From contig OZ024743.1 in the NCBI GenBank assembly GCA_964016885.1, positions 202,802,001 to 202,866,000 of the forward strand: 64,000 nt of DNA, written 5' to 3'. The position numbers and the translations under genes were made by a program. The notes below the pieces were generated by a model that made no database searches, was not told the DNA's origin, and was given only the letters and a program-made list of their open reading frames with translations. Each line of letters opens with the position of its first letter. Position 1 is the stretch's first letter. Of this stretch, positions 25,601 through 40,884 are shown piece after piece. The DNA is from Eledone cirrhosa (taxonomy: Eukaryota).

Positions 25601-26683
25601 CCGGTGTGGGCCCCGTTTGTGAGGCGAGCCTTTCCCAGACTCGTCTCACTCACCGAGCTGCAATCCTGGGTCAAGCAAAGACCGAGAAAACTGGGCGCCT
25701 GGCACACCGAGTGTGCCCAGGCGCTCACGGCTCTCTGGCAGGTGGACCCGGCTGTCAGTGGACAATCCACCTCGTCATTCTATAGGGGGCTCGTGGTTAG
25801 CATGTGCGACGACGCCCTCGGAGAAGCCCTAGGCATGGCGGAAGACGAACTGGCAAACCTGTTCGGTAGGACATTCAGCCCAGGACCCATGGATAACTTC
25901 CAGAAATCCCTGGCCTGGCAAAGCCACAGAAGGGCTCTGCCCGTTCGAGAAAGGCTCTACAGACACGGGCGCCCGGGTAGGGACCCCTCGAAAAAAGATC
26001 TGTCCCAGATGCGTGTGCGACGAGGAAACCGTTGCACACGCATTGGTACACTGCTCGGGCATTGCCGATCTGTGGCGCTATGTCGAACAACTGCTGTCAA
26101 AGATGGGACCGATCCGGTTGACCACCGAGTCTATTGTAACGATCAAGCCGCCTCCCCTCTTCAAAAACGAAGGAGAGGCGGTGTTTCTGTGCGTAATAGC
26201 CATGGCCAAAGAGGTTGTATGGTGGACGCGTCTGAAAGGACTGAGGTCAGACACCTTTCTCTCTGGCCAACAACTGGTCCGTTTCTTCCGATATCATTTC
26301 GGAAGAAGAATCAGGATGGAGAGAGAGGTGCTGCACCCCAGCCGTTTTTATGAAAGATGGGTGAAAGTGGCGAGAATGGCCCGTGTGAATGGTCCTTCAC
26401 TCTACATCAGACTATAGGTGAGGAAGATGAAAGACCAAGGGAGCACCCCTTCTCTGTGCTCCTGAGGAAAAGGGTTGCACACTTTTTTCCGGGGGTGTGT
26501 GCGACCCCCCAAGGCGCCTCCTCTCTATTGAGGATTTTGTTATAAATTTTATTCTGTTATATTTTATTTTATTTTTATATTTTGTTATTAAATCCTCCTT
26601 ATTGAGGACGCCTTGTTTTGTAACCCCCCCCCCCCCATTGTACTTGTCCCACTTCTGATGCCCTGGTGGCAAATAAAAGAAAC
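22616..26683 (+). mobile_element. L1/Tx1-clade LINE, 5'-truncated: ORF1 C-terminus + ORF2 (APE-RT-CCHC), frameshifted
   Basis: ORF1 knuckle CYH(W)ASIGHLRAACP. APE motifs LVAAYGP, LVGDWN, SYLDRF, YSDH. RT motifs PGLDGLPYE, NFRPITLLN, KAFDRV, AYADDV. C-terminal C..C..ETVAHALVHC. 3' AATAAA-type end. Deletions at the ORF1/ORF2 junction and near 24915. Confidence 0.95.
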
Positions 26684-26690
26684 ATATCTA

Positions 26691-26783
<93 letters not shown>

Positions 26784-27165
26784 TAATGTATGTACATATG
26801 TATGTACTTTCTTTCCACCTGGGTGAGAAAGTTCTCCAGTTGTTGTTACACCACCTTTCTAAGAGAGAGAGAGGGAAACTCTGCAAAAACACCTGCGAAA
26901 TATCAGAAGCATTCGATGATGTTGACCTGATCTCCTTTTCTGGTAGTGTTTCCGATTCTCAGAGAACGGGATTGGCCGAGTGCAAGATCTTTTCCCACTT
27001 AAATAAAAACCTTCACAGCTCAGGCATTGCTTCTTCAGGATATTTTACAGGTTTGTGACGCTTACCATAGCCTAAAAGTTCACCATTTTCTGTAATCTGA
27101 CATGCGATTGCAATATTCTTAGCAGAGTTTGCAGCAAACATATGTATATGTATATATTTGTGTGT

Positions 27166-27216
<51 letters not shown>

Positions 27217-27673
27217 GGTGTGTGTGTGTATGTGTGCGTGTGTGTGTGTGTATGTGTCTGTGTGTGTGTGTGTGCATGTGTGTATGTGTGTATGGGTCTG
27301 GAGTGGAGTGTTATATTGAAGGGGATTGGAATAAAGTGTATGTGCGGGAGCATGTTTGCATAATCATTTTCGGAGTAACTCTTCCATATATCTTATTTAA
27401 TTCATTTTACAATGTAAAAAGTTGTAGCGGGTGATTTTGTATACTATACTACCTATATGTGTAAAGTCGGGGAATCAAAGATTCCTAATCATTGTAATAT
27501 ATGTGTGAGAATTTACCATATTTACTACACTCAGATTGTAAATATATTATTATAAGCACACATACATACACATACATATACACATACACATACATATATA
27601 TATATATGTATTCATGTACCGATATAAAATATAGATACATTTAAAACACTAAACACGCACGCACCCACACACA

Positions 27674-27813
<140 letters not shown>

Positions 27814-27836
27814 TAGAGATAGATAGATAAATAGAG

Positions 27837-27899
<63 letters not shown>

Positions 27900-30852
27900 G
27901 GTGCCGTAGATATAGATGTACGCATGCATGGCTTTGATTTTGAAATAAACAAATAATTTTCTCAATTTACATCTACTGGATGTCGAAACATCGGAGAGAA
28001 TTGGTGATCGGTTACATGTTGCAGACAGGGTTCCTGCCAATAATTTCGTTAACTTTCATGTCTGCCAGGCCAAATAGTTGAATCCAACCGTAGAATCCCT
28101 ATTTCACAGACACTCATGCAAACAGGCGCCAAATGTCTGCGATCAATTAATGTGAAACCATCAAAATGGATACCACATCAAAACTAGCGTTTGGCTATTG
28201 AAACAATTATTTCATCATACATATATATATATATATATATACATATGTGTGTGTGTGTCTGTGTATGTGTGCATATATATATATAGAGAGATAGATAGAT
28301 AGATACATACACACCCAAATATATATTTACATACATACATTTGCATATATATGTGTGTCTATATATAGGTGATCTATATTTCATACTATATGGTCAGTAA
28401 TGTTTATTCTATTAGAAACTACTTATTTTGGGTTAACGGGTTATTCGACAAAATTGTATAAGACTGGGTCATGATGCGTAATGCGCAAACAGTAAAATAT
28501 ATATTGTAAAACATATAAAACACCCGAAAAGAGGAGTATAACGGTAGCCTATATATCTTAGATAATTGTCAAAAACAGACATATACATGCGAACCTATCC
28601 ATAGCCCCAATAATGAATTCAATAAGCAGTAAGTCTCTGCTGGGTTAGTGTTCATTTATTAGGCGTCTACTGTGATAACCCGTCCGAACCTGCCACCAAG
28701 TATTATTCAAATCAGGAACTAATGTTATATATATATATATGAAACCTACATACTAAATAACGTAGCACTTAAAGACACCGTGATTATAGTTGCAATGAAT
28801 AATAACCAACAACAAAACAAACAAAATATACAAAAAACAGCACTAATAACAGTAACGGCAGCTCACCGACTCCTATTATGATGTAACACAATTGACACCT
28901 CTGATAAGTAGTTCAACCAGACTTCCACATTCAATCACACTATAGTCTACAATCTCCCAAGAGGAAGTCTATGTTGTCAGTTGAATTTTCAGAAATAACA
29001 GCCATATATCCGTTATGTCACGCTATACTGGATAAAAGACAAAGAACATATAATATAGCCCTAGATACAATACGCCAAAGGTGGGGATCTTTTCTGTTTA
29101 CGGATGCCATATCTTAAATTGTTAATATTTTTTATCAGGTTTTATCTATGAATATCCACAACAGACATACGATTAGAAATTAGCTTTAATTCTTCACTGG
29201 ATTTGTTTTAATTACGATGCACAGTACTTTCTGCAGGAACCTGAAAGCTTCCATACATCTCATTGTTCATTCCAGCATCCCATTACCAATTAAACAGCGG
29301 CCGTAATATTGACGTACATATATGTTCGTTCTCCAAAGAGTCCAAAAGGTTGGTGTTTTCATTCCTCCTGGCAAACTAACTAATGTGTTTCATTTTTAGC
29401 TAGAAACGTATAAAGGATTATATACGTATGTGGCTATTTCTTTACCGTTTACAAATACAACTAACATTAGTTTCCTTTTATCCTGTAGTTTTTTCTATTA
29501 CAAAGTATTAGATGGGAAAGTGAAATAATCATTAGAGGGTCTGATGGAATGTTTTGCGATATTACTTCTGGCTCCCTACGCTGTGTGTTCAAATACTGCG
29601 GGGGTGAACTTTGCCTTCCACACATTCCAGGTGGATAAATAATGTAACAATTCATTTCTCTCTTCTTTCTCACCCTTTCTCCATCTTTCTCCTTCTCTTT
29701 CTCTCTCTTTCTCTCTCTCTCGCTCTCTCTCTATCTCTCTCTCTCTCCCTCTCTCTCTCTCCCTCTCTCTCTCTCGCGCTCTCTATTTCTCTTCTCTCCC
29801 TCTTTCTCAGTCTCTTTCTCTTTATCACTGTTTACCTGGAAAGAATCGGTTGTCTACCGATCTGATGAGAGAAGGGTTCAGATAGGCTTAAATGCCGGAG
29901 ACCCACATAATCAACGACAGCACTCCTACGACTTAATCAGTATTTAAGTGACTGACAATATGTAGCGATTTGGAACATACAGAAAAGAAAATATATAATG
30001 AATTTGTCATCTCCAGATTTGTACCGAATTCTGCTTTAGACAGCATATTAGAATACAAATCTAAAGACTGAATGAAAGACATACGATAAGACAGGGTTAT
30101 TGTTTATGTTTATGTAACATCAATATATACTCAGCATGGGTAGTCTTAGAATAAAAAAATTGTCCAGCTCTCACAAGACCATATATTTCCATCATTTCTT
30201 TATTCAAGAATCGATTAACTAATATATTTTCCGTATTGAATAGGGTGTAATATAAGAGATGTTCTTCCTATTCATTGGAGTTCAGACGAAACGGATGAGA
30301 TTACTTCGAGCGAGGGTGGGATGATTGAGCGAGTATAACACAAAATGCATTTCAACAAACACGAAGACAGAGCGACAGATAAATAGGATGGGTGTAACAT
30401 TCGGGATGGGAAATGTGGATTATCCTAATCTAAATTAGGAAACAAGGTGCGTTAAAAAGGAAAGCATAACATGTATGGTTATAGAAGTGGAATATTGATT
30501 TCTAGTAAAATAATAGTCAGTAAATCGATAGGATCACTTCTTTAATGATGTAAGATAATAGATGCGAGCAATCGCCGTTCATCTCAAATATTTCATGACT
30601 AAGAAGCGTAGAACATAAAAAGCAATGCATGTCTCGATGACAATCCCGACTAAATTACTGTCACATCCTATTACATTAAAACAGCCAAATTATTCACTTC
30701 ACATTCCATATTGATTTTTCGCTAACCAAAACAGTGTGAGGAATATATGTATGCAAATTTCTTTACTGGACACATTAGATAGAGAGAACGTAATGTTTTG
30801 GAGGATGCAATCATTGTAGGCTATTCGTTAATACCAATTAAATATATGCACG

Positions 30853-30977
<125 letters not shown>

Positions 30978-31355
30978 ACACACGTATAGGATTTCAACTC
31001 CTGAGCATCATACATAAGTCTGGCCAAGGACAAAGCAGGGTTTCTACAGATTGTTTCTACGACTCCCAGAATTCGATTGCCTTTGGCCGCAGAAGACATA
31101 AAAAAATGAAAAAATGTAATTTTAAATAGAAACACTTTTGCAATCTCAAGGAAAACCGCAAATATGAATATTAGGAAAAGGAGATAGACGTAAAGATTAA
31201 CAGTTGCATTTAACTAGAAGACAAGGAAATGTGGTGAAGGAAAAGATATGGTAATAGGAAGAGTGAGAGAGAAAACTAGGGAGAAAGAAAAATATGAAGA
31301 ATAAAAAATAAGGGATGAGGCGAGTGTGCGGCTGGAAGAGGAGACAATACTATTG

Positions 31356-31397
<42 letters not shown>

Positions 31398-31436
31398 GTG
31401 CGTGTGTGTGTGTGTCTGTGTGTATATATATATATA

Positions 31437-31621
31437 TAACAAAGGAAATGTGGTAAGGATCCAAATGCACCAGAGTACTCAATACTTAGGGTAGTAGAGT
31501 GGGAAATAGGAAAAAGTATGACCCCGCCGGCTGAGCTCAAGCCGTTTCAACAGCTATTTCTGAGTCCAGAAATAGCCGTCGAAACGGCTTGAGCTCTGCC
31601 GTCGGGTCATACTTTTTCCTA
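31437..31621 (-). mobile_element. Short fold-back element, family B
   Basis: Homologous to 62780-62973. Hairpin with TGAGTCCA loop, (TA)n-flanked. Confidence 0.85.
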
Positions 31622-31864
31622 TATATATATATATATATATCTGTATGTGTGTATACATATATAATATGTGTATGTGTGTATATATATATGTAAGTATTCG
31701 TGTGTTTGTATATGTGTGTGCGTGTGCATGTTTATATGCGTATGCGTGTGTGTTTGTATATATATATATGTGTGTGTGTGTGCGTGCATGTTTGTATTTC
31801 TATTCTATAATATATGTGTGCGTGTGTTTGTTTATATATGTATTTATGTGCATGAAATACATGT

Positions 31865-32270
31865 CCTTCCCTTAGAAAGCTTACCACCCTTACATGTATG
31901 AATCGTTCTTTTCGCATTCGCCACTCCTACACCTGAATCTCTAACGACGTCGTCTATTTGCTCCAGTATTCCCTTTGCAAGTCTATATACAACGGTCAAA
32001 CAGGCGCTCGCCTGGTCGAACGATTTGCTGAACATATGAGGAATATACAACTAGAAGAATACCCACGTTCGTTTTCACAGTTTGTTTCCGTTACTTCATC
32101 TTCTCACACTCTATCTTTCTAATTCATCTTTTATTTCTCATTTTCTCTTCTGAAGGACTAGGGGCCGAAATGTTAAGACTCTTTTCCTACTATATCAAGC
32201 GTTAAACTAAAATATTTCTTCATTGCACCGAGTTATTTGCTTTATTATTTCTGTTTACTTTCTGCATACA
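31865..32270 (+). mobile_element. PLE 3' fragment: GIY-YIG + pLTR with degenerate HHR
   Basis: ~31900-32055 reads NRSFRIRHSYT*ISNDVVYLLQYSLCKSIYNGQTGARLVERFAEHMRNI. The tail TCAAGCGTTAAACTAA is shared with ~40260-40500 (+) and ~49880-50110 (-). Confidence 0.75.
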
Positions 32271-32999
32271 TACATACTAACAAACATGCATATATACACA
32301 TACACAAACATAAATACATACAATCATGTAGACAAGCAATAATACATACATACATACATACATACATACATACATACATACATACATACATACATACATA
32401 CATACATACGGACAGACAGATTGTCAGACAGACATATATACATACATAGAGCAAAAGGAAATACTGAGATGCATAACAGAATTATTATGTACGACATTTT
32501 TCAACTTTTAAGTAAAGCCTGTCGAAATGATTTATGTATTCGATGTGTTTCCTAAAGCCAATAAACATTACTGTCGTTATTTAGGGAGAATATTGAAAAT
32601 TAGACGGCAGTAGCCGTCAGAACTTATTCGTTGTTTGTTTTGTTGGTCCACTTAAAATCATTTCGTTTCACTTATGCCAACAATGTATTTTGCCAACAAA
32701 CTAATCTCCCACAATCTCATTAACTCCCTCTATAAAATATTAAATGTTTATCGCTGTCGCTACTATAAAAATCAATAATGATGATTTTAAGGTTTATTGA
32801 ATAGTCACAAATCTTCTTGTCGTTGTTTAGCTCAAGTTCAACCCAGATCAAACAACGCTGCAATATTCTTGTTTCTAATAAATTTCATGAGAGTAGAGTG
32901 TGACATGAGGGAAGTTTACAGCAATTTTCAATAAGGTGAATGGTTATGTTTGTTCGCTCGTTGAGTCGTTTTAAATAGAAGAAACATAAGGACGCAGAA

Positions 33000-33011
33000 C
33001 AAAATGGCGGC
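33000..33011 (+). promoter_or_regulatory. YY1-type motif CAAAATGGCGGC
   Basis: Exact match to the YY1 consensus in a comparatively TE-poor stretch. Single motif only. Confidence 0.2.
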
Positions 33012-35764
33012 TGTGTGCGTTTTAGTATATTTCTTGTTTCACTTTTAATTTTTTACGATCAAATAAAATATCAAACAAACTATGGTTGAGTGAAAATGAT
33101 ATATCCACTAAAATGTATGTTCTGTGCCTCATTAAGAAATCATCACCTATATGCACAATGTGACAAGCATTCTAAAGGAAGTAGGTGCGTTAAGATATAT
33201 ATTCGAAGTGAAATTCTAGTAGAAACCATGATTCTTTAAGCCAGGTGTTAAAAACTTTACCTGTCATCCGAAATGTTCTCACTTTCATTTATGTATACTT
33301 CAACACGAAATTAAAAATATAATCAGTATTAATAAATGAAGTACTAAAGTTATAAGATATCGCATATTAAATCAAAAGGAAAATAATAAAATGTGAAGAA
33401 AACTACTTAAATAGGCCTTGTCATAATCTTATTGTATTTCACTTTACAGTAAGCCAACATATACTATTTTATATATAGTTGCTACATTTGAATGGTAGAC
33501 CTTCCAACGTCACCCAATTTAACACCACCAATAGCTCCTTGGGTTTCTGTGGCTTCCTCCACTTTATTGTAAACCAGGACCCTGTTTTAGGAACAAATAC
33601 ACGCACATACTCGCATCAGTATATAGACAACCATTGAAACATGTCACGTGTGCTGTTCACTCACCTTTGGTTTTGTCCCTCAAAACAAATAAGAAGTTAC
33701 TTAACATTTTATAGTAAATAGTTCCTTCCAATGTAGCAGTAAGTAATATCATGCCCGAATCGCATTGACGCACAGGATTTGTATATATTTTCAAGATTCC
33801 AGAAACGAAAATGTCCCTCCGACCGGGTAGCAACAAATGTAATTTCAAAGGATTATCAGCCATCATTTTGGTGCCTTAATTCAGTTATGAAGCCAACGAT
33901 CAGCAATGAATTCCCATTAAATTTAGTGATGTGGTTGAAATTCAACTCTAGCTGGTTGTGGAAATGTGAAGTTTCTATTTTGTACACGTTTATTATAAGT
34001 AAGCGAAATTATAATTAAGATTAATGTTTAAAACAGATTTCCTGGAGAGATGATTAATTGTATGTAAAAATGAGTTTTGTGAATAACTCATTTAAAACAT
34101 TCAACTGAAATTCCTTTCAATCTTTTCTCAATGATTATGTGGTAGAATTATTTGATTTAATTTAAGAGAATATAGATTAGAACAAATATAAATATCCCGT
34201 TATTAGCTGATTTGTCATAATATTTCAGGAGTTTTATTTTCTTCGTTTGTTTATATTTTTATAAAAATAGTCTCTGTAATCGTTAAATCTATTTAACTCT
34301 TTCAATATCAACCCATCTATTGTCATGATATCAAAGTGTACATCTACATTTTAGAATAAAACCATTATAATGATGTTATGGAAGCACACATTTTGGGATT
34401 ATCTCTAATTAACCGCTTACTTATTTTACTAAATTATAACTGTTGGCATGTTCCTGGTCACAACAATCTAAATTAAGTTTATATGTAATCATATACTGAA
34501 CTAAATTGAAACACAACGGAAAACTCATTTCGTTTACTTTAAATTCTTCAGTATAAAGCCAACGATAGACATTTTACAGGGCTGTTGGAATTCTCCTCAA
34601 ACTACCTTATATAACAATAGTACACATTATATCATTATAAACCCTAAAAACGACTGAATTTCATGAGCAAAATGCAGTTAATCACAGTTCTGTCTGGAGG
34701 TTTATCAACAATAATATCATTTAATTTTTTTTATGCAAATTAGAAAACTTCCTAGTTATTACCCCAGAAAATGCATTCATTGCTCACCTAAAATCATGTC
34801 TAGATGCAACTAATCGGCTTCGAAGAAATAAATGAACCTTCTATTAGTGCTGAGCTTATGTTGAAGATTTTTGAGAGCATTTGTGTATTTGAAAAAGAGT
34901 GAAATGGATGGAAGCAGTGATGGAAGTGGCGATATAGATATAATGAGAATTTAAACTATATTGATATAATTGGTTGAGGTGGGGATGTTGATATTCTCCG
35001 TTGCATTCGATAAAATAAACACCATAAGGAAAATGATAGGGGCGCACTTTACTTAACAGGGGGTAGCTAACGATTACATGTAAACAGGGATTCGTGTATG
35101 TATATGTTTAGGATGGGTGAATGAAGAGCTAATAATGCGATGAGCATGCATGGCAGTTTAACTGCATTTTTGTGGTAGCGGAAAATGACTATTATTAATG
35201 TATCGAGAAGCGATTATTCCTAAATGGAAAATTAACTGTTGTCCAAGAAAAAGTTGGATAGCGAGAGGCATAAGATATTGTAAAAGATCGCACGCAACAA
35301 CCTAATTATAGGAATATCTTGAAGAATTGGAAATACAAAAAAACGAGTATGAGATCCATTTACCCACCACACAACTCTCTCCTTTGCCAGATATCACATT
35401 CCTTCGGGTATTTTCAACCCCCCGTTTTCTCCTTCTGTAATGGCTCGAATATTTTTGTCTTCGAAAAGACAACTCGCTTCATCTTCTTTAACTTTCTATT
35501 ACGATAAGGAATATATCATCGGAAACGGTGAACATTCTCTAATGAACAATTACACGATCAAAGAGAAATCATTTTATTATTTATTTTGTAATCAATACTT
35601 GTTCGCTCTTTGAGATAAAAACAAAGAAAATTTCGTCCTCTTTCATAGCATTGAATGCGTTTTTCAAGAGACAATTTTATTATTGATGTTTTAAATAACG
35701 AATAAAATTATTTATGATATCTACGGTACAGGTAGGTTGTGAGCGGTAACTATTCAATAAATCC

Positions 35765-35917
<153 letters not shown>

Positions 35918-35929
35918 TGTGTGTGTATT

Positions 35930-36250
35930 GGACAACTATAGTTTCTGACGAGGAGAGTTCCAAATGTTGCGATCAACCAAACAGCTTGCTCTTTAAATAG
36001 CGTGTAAGTGTCTCATTCCACGGGCATGTGTATACTCAAGGTTGTTCTCATGGAAACCTATAGTGAAACAGACTGTAACAAAACTGATTCTTTGTATTAC
36101 AAGTAAAACCCATACTTAGTAACTGATTATTCTAGTGCAGCGCGAGACAAAATAGCGTGTTCAAGGATTCAACGTTCCACTAGGAATCGAACCCAGGACC
36201 TTAAAATTGTAAACCAAACAACCTAATCACTAAACCACCCACCCTCACAA
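35930..36250 (-). mobile_element. Old tRNA-derived SINE of a second family (related copy ~37300-37570, +)
   Basis: The minus strand has B-box-like GGTTCGATTCC (top strand GGAATCGAACC, ~36183) near its 5' end. The body is similar to the reverse complement of 37300-37570. Confidence 0.6.
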
Positions 36251-36904
36251 ATAGAATATTAACCATACTTGTTTCATCTACAGGCTTTTTAATTTATTTT
36301 TGATATTATATGTGAGTTGTGTTGGCCTGTCATAGTCTCATACATTTTACAAATCTGTTTCTGACGAATCTACACTAGTATGGTCCATGTTGTTAGAATA
36401 TAATTTGAATATCTGATTCTCATTTCGCACTGGATCATCAACATTATTTTTCTTTTAAATAAATATCGATTTGCAATATTTCTAATTATCTTAATTCACC
36501 ATTTTTCCTAATAGATTTTCTATTACGTTAAGACGAATTTAATGTAAATTATACTCCTTTAGAAACGAAAAATTAAAAATAAATAGAAATAAGACCTGAT
36601 AATTATTATTTGGTAAATTCGTAAATTATTCATTGAAACTTTAATAACAATACAATCAATCCCACTTATTTGATCTTATTTTTTTGTCATAAATATATAA
36701 TAGGAAATCTGTATACATGCGAAATTTAAAAGAATCACCCTTTACGTTTTAGGCACTTGGCTATTGTGTTCTGAATTGAAAGAAAGCAGAAGAAGAAAAA
36801 ACGGAAAACAAATTATATGATATGCATTTCATAGCACGGTATTCGTGTCACGATTATCAATAAAATTCAGTGTTGTTTTTAAAGCTGAATTGATCGAATG
36901 AGTA

Positions 36905-37006
<102 letters not shown>

Positions 37007-37711
37007 CATATATATCTATATCTATATATATGTATGCATATATACCTGTATATATATGATTCAATCTTATTATTTCATAAATGAAATATAATGTATTATC
37101 CACTTTGTTCTTTATATTGGTAATAGAACACTGTAATATATACGTTTCTTCTGAAGTATGTTTCATCGCAGGACCTGATAAAAATAGCAAACCTATTTCC
37201 TGCTAACCACACTCCACTGTCATAAGCAATAGCAACATATTGGATAATAAAATGTGGGTAAACTATTGCACTGAAAGCGTAAGATTTATTGGCTAAGTTC
37301 TTCGATTCCAAATCTTAAGATGATTTGTACGAATCCCAATGGCACATTGTGTCTTTGTGCAACACATTATTTCACGTTGCTTCCATCCACTGAGTTGGAA
37401 AACACGAGTTGTACTTGTAATTCAAAGGGTCAGTCTTCTCTCGCTGAATTTTCCAGCGAATTACGTTACGATTAGTCACAATTTTGGAGTGCACATCACT
37501 TTCGGAAGCAGGCTGTTTTGTTTATCAAACAACTGGAACAGTTATCGTCAAAATCGAAATACACCTGGCATCATCAACAAATCTAATCCAGGAAATAATA
37601 CTGGATTATGATTGCTTAAATATCCTTGATCCTTGGCGTGCACCGTCAAAACTGACTAGGGATTAAACAACAAACACTCATGACCCTTTCTCAAATGTAA
37701 AACCAGTTAAT

Positions 37712-39075
37712 AATTGTTTCTACTTTCGACACAAGGCCAGCAAATACCCAGTTCATTACTGGTACTTTATTTTATCGACCCCGTAAGGATGAAAGACAAA
37801 GTTAACCTCGGCGGTATTGGAACTCAGAATGGCAAGGGCCGTAACTCTATACGTCAAACCATGGCGTCCGACCCTCTATCAATACTGCCAATCCACCGCC
37901 TAAACACCAGTTAAAATCAGTTAATAATGTTATAGCACTTTGTTGCATTCCTTTACATTCTAAATCCAATGAATTAAAAAGCAAAAAACACACCTTATTA
38001 AATAAGAAAAAAAAGGCGGGGGGAAACAAAGGGAAAGAAAGAATAGGGAAATATAGAAAATCAAAAAAAAAGAGAGAAAGAAAGAAGAAAAAGAAGGGGA
38101 AAGGGAGGGGGATGACAACAGCTCTGGTGTTGCAGAAGAGAGGGTAGGGGTGAGTTTGATTGCGCTTTGGACCTAGGGCAAGACAGCAAAAGCATTCTCC
38201 TGGACGATGGCCAGTGACACCAGCTGCATCAGCCACCCTTAACTCGCGGGCTCCCTCTTCACACGGGCTGCCAACGCTCCGATCGTGTAGAGGAGCTCGG
38301 CAGTACAGGGTCTAATTACGCCTGAGGAGCTAATAATTGTTTCTGAGTTAGGCATAATGACAGCAATTTTGGGGGAGGGGAGAATTGATTAAATTGACGC
38401 AGTGCGTTACGGGTACGTAAGGATAAAAGGCAAAGCTAGCCTCAGGGGGATTTCAACTGGGAACGTAAAGGGCCGTAAATCTATGCCTCGAAATTATTTT
38501 CTGTTGCTCTCCCGATACTGCTAATCGACCGTCAGCAATTACCCGAGTGCTTTATTTTATCGACCTCGTAAGGAAGAAGGGCAACGTTAACCTTTGCGGG
38601 ATTTGAACTCGCAACGTAAACTGCCATAAGACTACGCTGCAAAGCATGGTGTCTGATGCTCCACCGATACTGCCAATCGACCGTTAATAATTGTTTCTAC
38701 TTTTGGCGCAAGACCAGCAATTATCCAAATGTATTACTGGTGCTTTATTTTATCGACCCTGTAAGGATGAAAGGCAAAGTTGACCTCCGCGGGATTTGAA
38801 CTCAAACCATAAAGGGCCGTAACTCCTTGCTGCAAAGCATGGTGTCAGACCCTCCAACGTCTGAACATGCCTAGAACAAAAAATAATTATTTCTACTTTT
38901 GGCACAAGGCCAGCAATTATTCCAGTGCATTACTGGTACTTTATTTTAACGACCCCGTAAGGATGAAAGGCAAAGTTAACCTCGGCGGGATTTGAACTCA
39001 GATCATAAAGGGCCATAACTCTATGGTGCAAAGCATGGCGTTCGACCCTCTACCGATACTGCCAATCCACCGCCC
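37712..39075 (-). mobile_element. Cluster of five same-orientation tRNA-derived SINEs (~37712-37900, 38335-38530, 38533-38683, 38688-38860, 38885-39075)
   Basis: Each matches the reverse complement of 52238-52425: B box GAGTTCAAATCC and a Nin/Deu-like domain CCTTTCATCCTTACGGGGTCGATAAAATAAAGTACCAG. Confidence 0.9.
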
Positions 39076-39219
39076 TAGAGCAAAAAATATTAGTCACCAA
39101 CCAATATACATGTATACATGAGTCAATAGAGGAGATATAGCGAATGAAAATAATTCAATTGAGAAAGCATCATGAATACCAAAATATGAATAGATTTTCC
39201 TATTTAGAGTATAAACAAT

Positions 39220-39285
<66 letters not shown>

Positions 39286-39292
39286 ATATATA

Positions 39293-39352
<60 letters not shown>

Positions 39353-39355
<3 letters not shown>

Positions 39356-39482
39356 AAAGTTATATTTAAATTGTTGGGTTACAACTAGTAAATATTTATA
39401 ACTGATATAAAAGCACTCGACAAATATTTGGAGTATATTTACAATATTAAATAAATGGAAACTATATTTATAAAACCATTTT
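39353..39482 (-). mobile_element. Family A pLTR 3' tail only
   Basis: Matches 6300-6430 and stops just short of the HHR. Embedded in (TA)n. Confidence 0.8.
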
Positions 39483-39541
39483 ATCGTCAATATATATATA
39501 TACATATACATATTATCGTCAATATATATATATACATATAC

Positions 39542-39576
<35 letters not shown>

Positions 39577-39597
39577 CACATATATATATACATATAC

Positions 39598-39792
<195 letters not shown>

Positions 39793-39804
39793 TATATATA
39801 TATG

Positions 39805-40209
<405 letters not shown>

Positions 40210-40884
40210 AACACAAACACGCATACACACATATATATATACACATATATATATATATACGGCCAAGTGAGTACGGACGTGTGTACTTTCTCCCTCATTT
40301 TTTACCCCAGTTACTTTCTCTCATCCCTTTTTACTTTTTATTTATCTTCTATCTCTAACTCTATCATTTGATGGGGGACTTGTGTCCGAAACATTCAGAA
40401 TTTCTGCTATTTCAAGCGTTAAACTAATATCTTTCTTCCATATACTATGCCATTTGTTTTCTTATTTTTGTTACTTCTGTTTACGTTTTACAAATATCTA
40501 AACTATAATAAAGTAAGAAGTGCGGGACTGCATCCAGAAACATTTTTTTTTATCCCGTTTGTAAAATAAGTTCGATTACTTTGAATAAATAATGAATGAA
40601 TATTACAAAATGTATGTACTAAATTTCGTAACTAAATTTCGTATTTATAGATAATTTAAATTGACTTATTTTCAAAGTTACACATTTCTAGACTTCCGGT
40701 ATATCGTCGACACCACCACTACTTCAACTACCATATATATGAAAAGAGAGAGTTTATGATGGGATAGATAGAGTGATTATGACTTTCTACACGCTGGCGC
40801 GTATGATTGTGCACATACATACATCTATATGTATGAGTATATAACTATAATCGCGCAAACACAAACTTATAAAAATACACGGTC

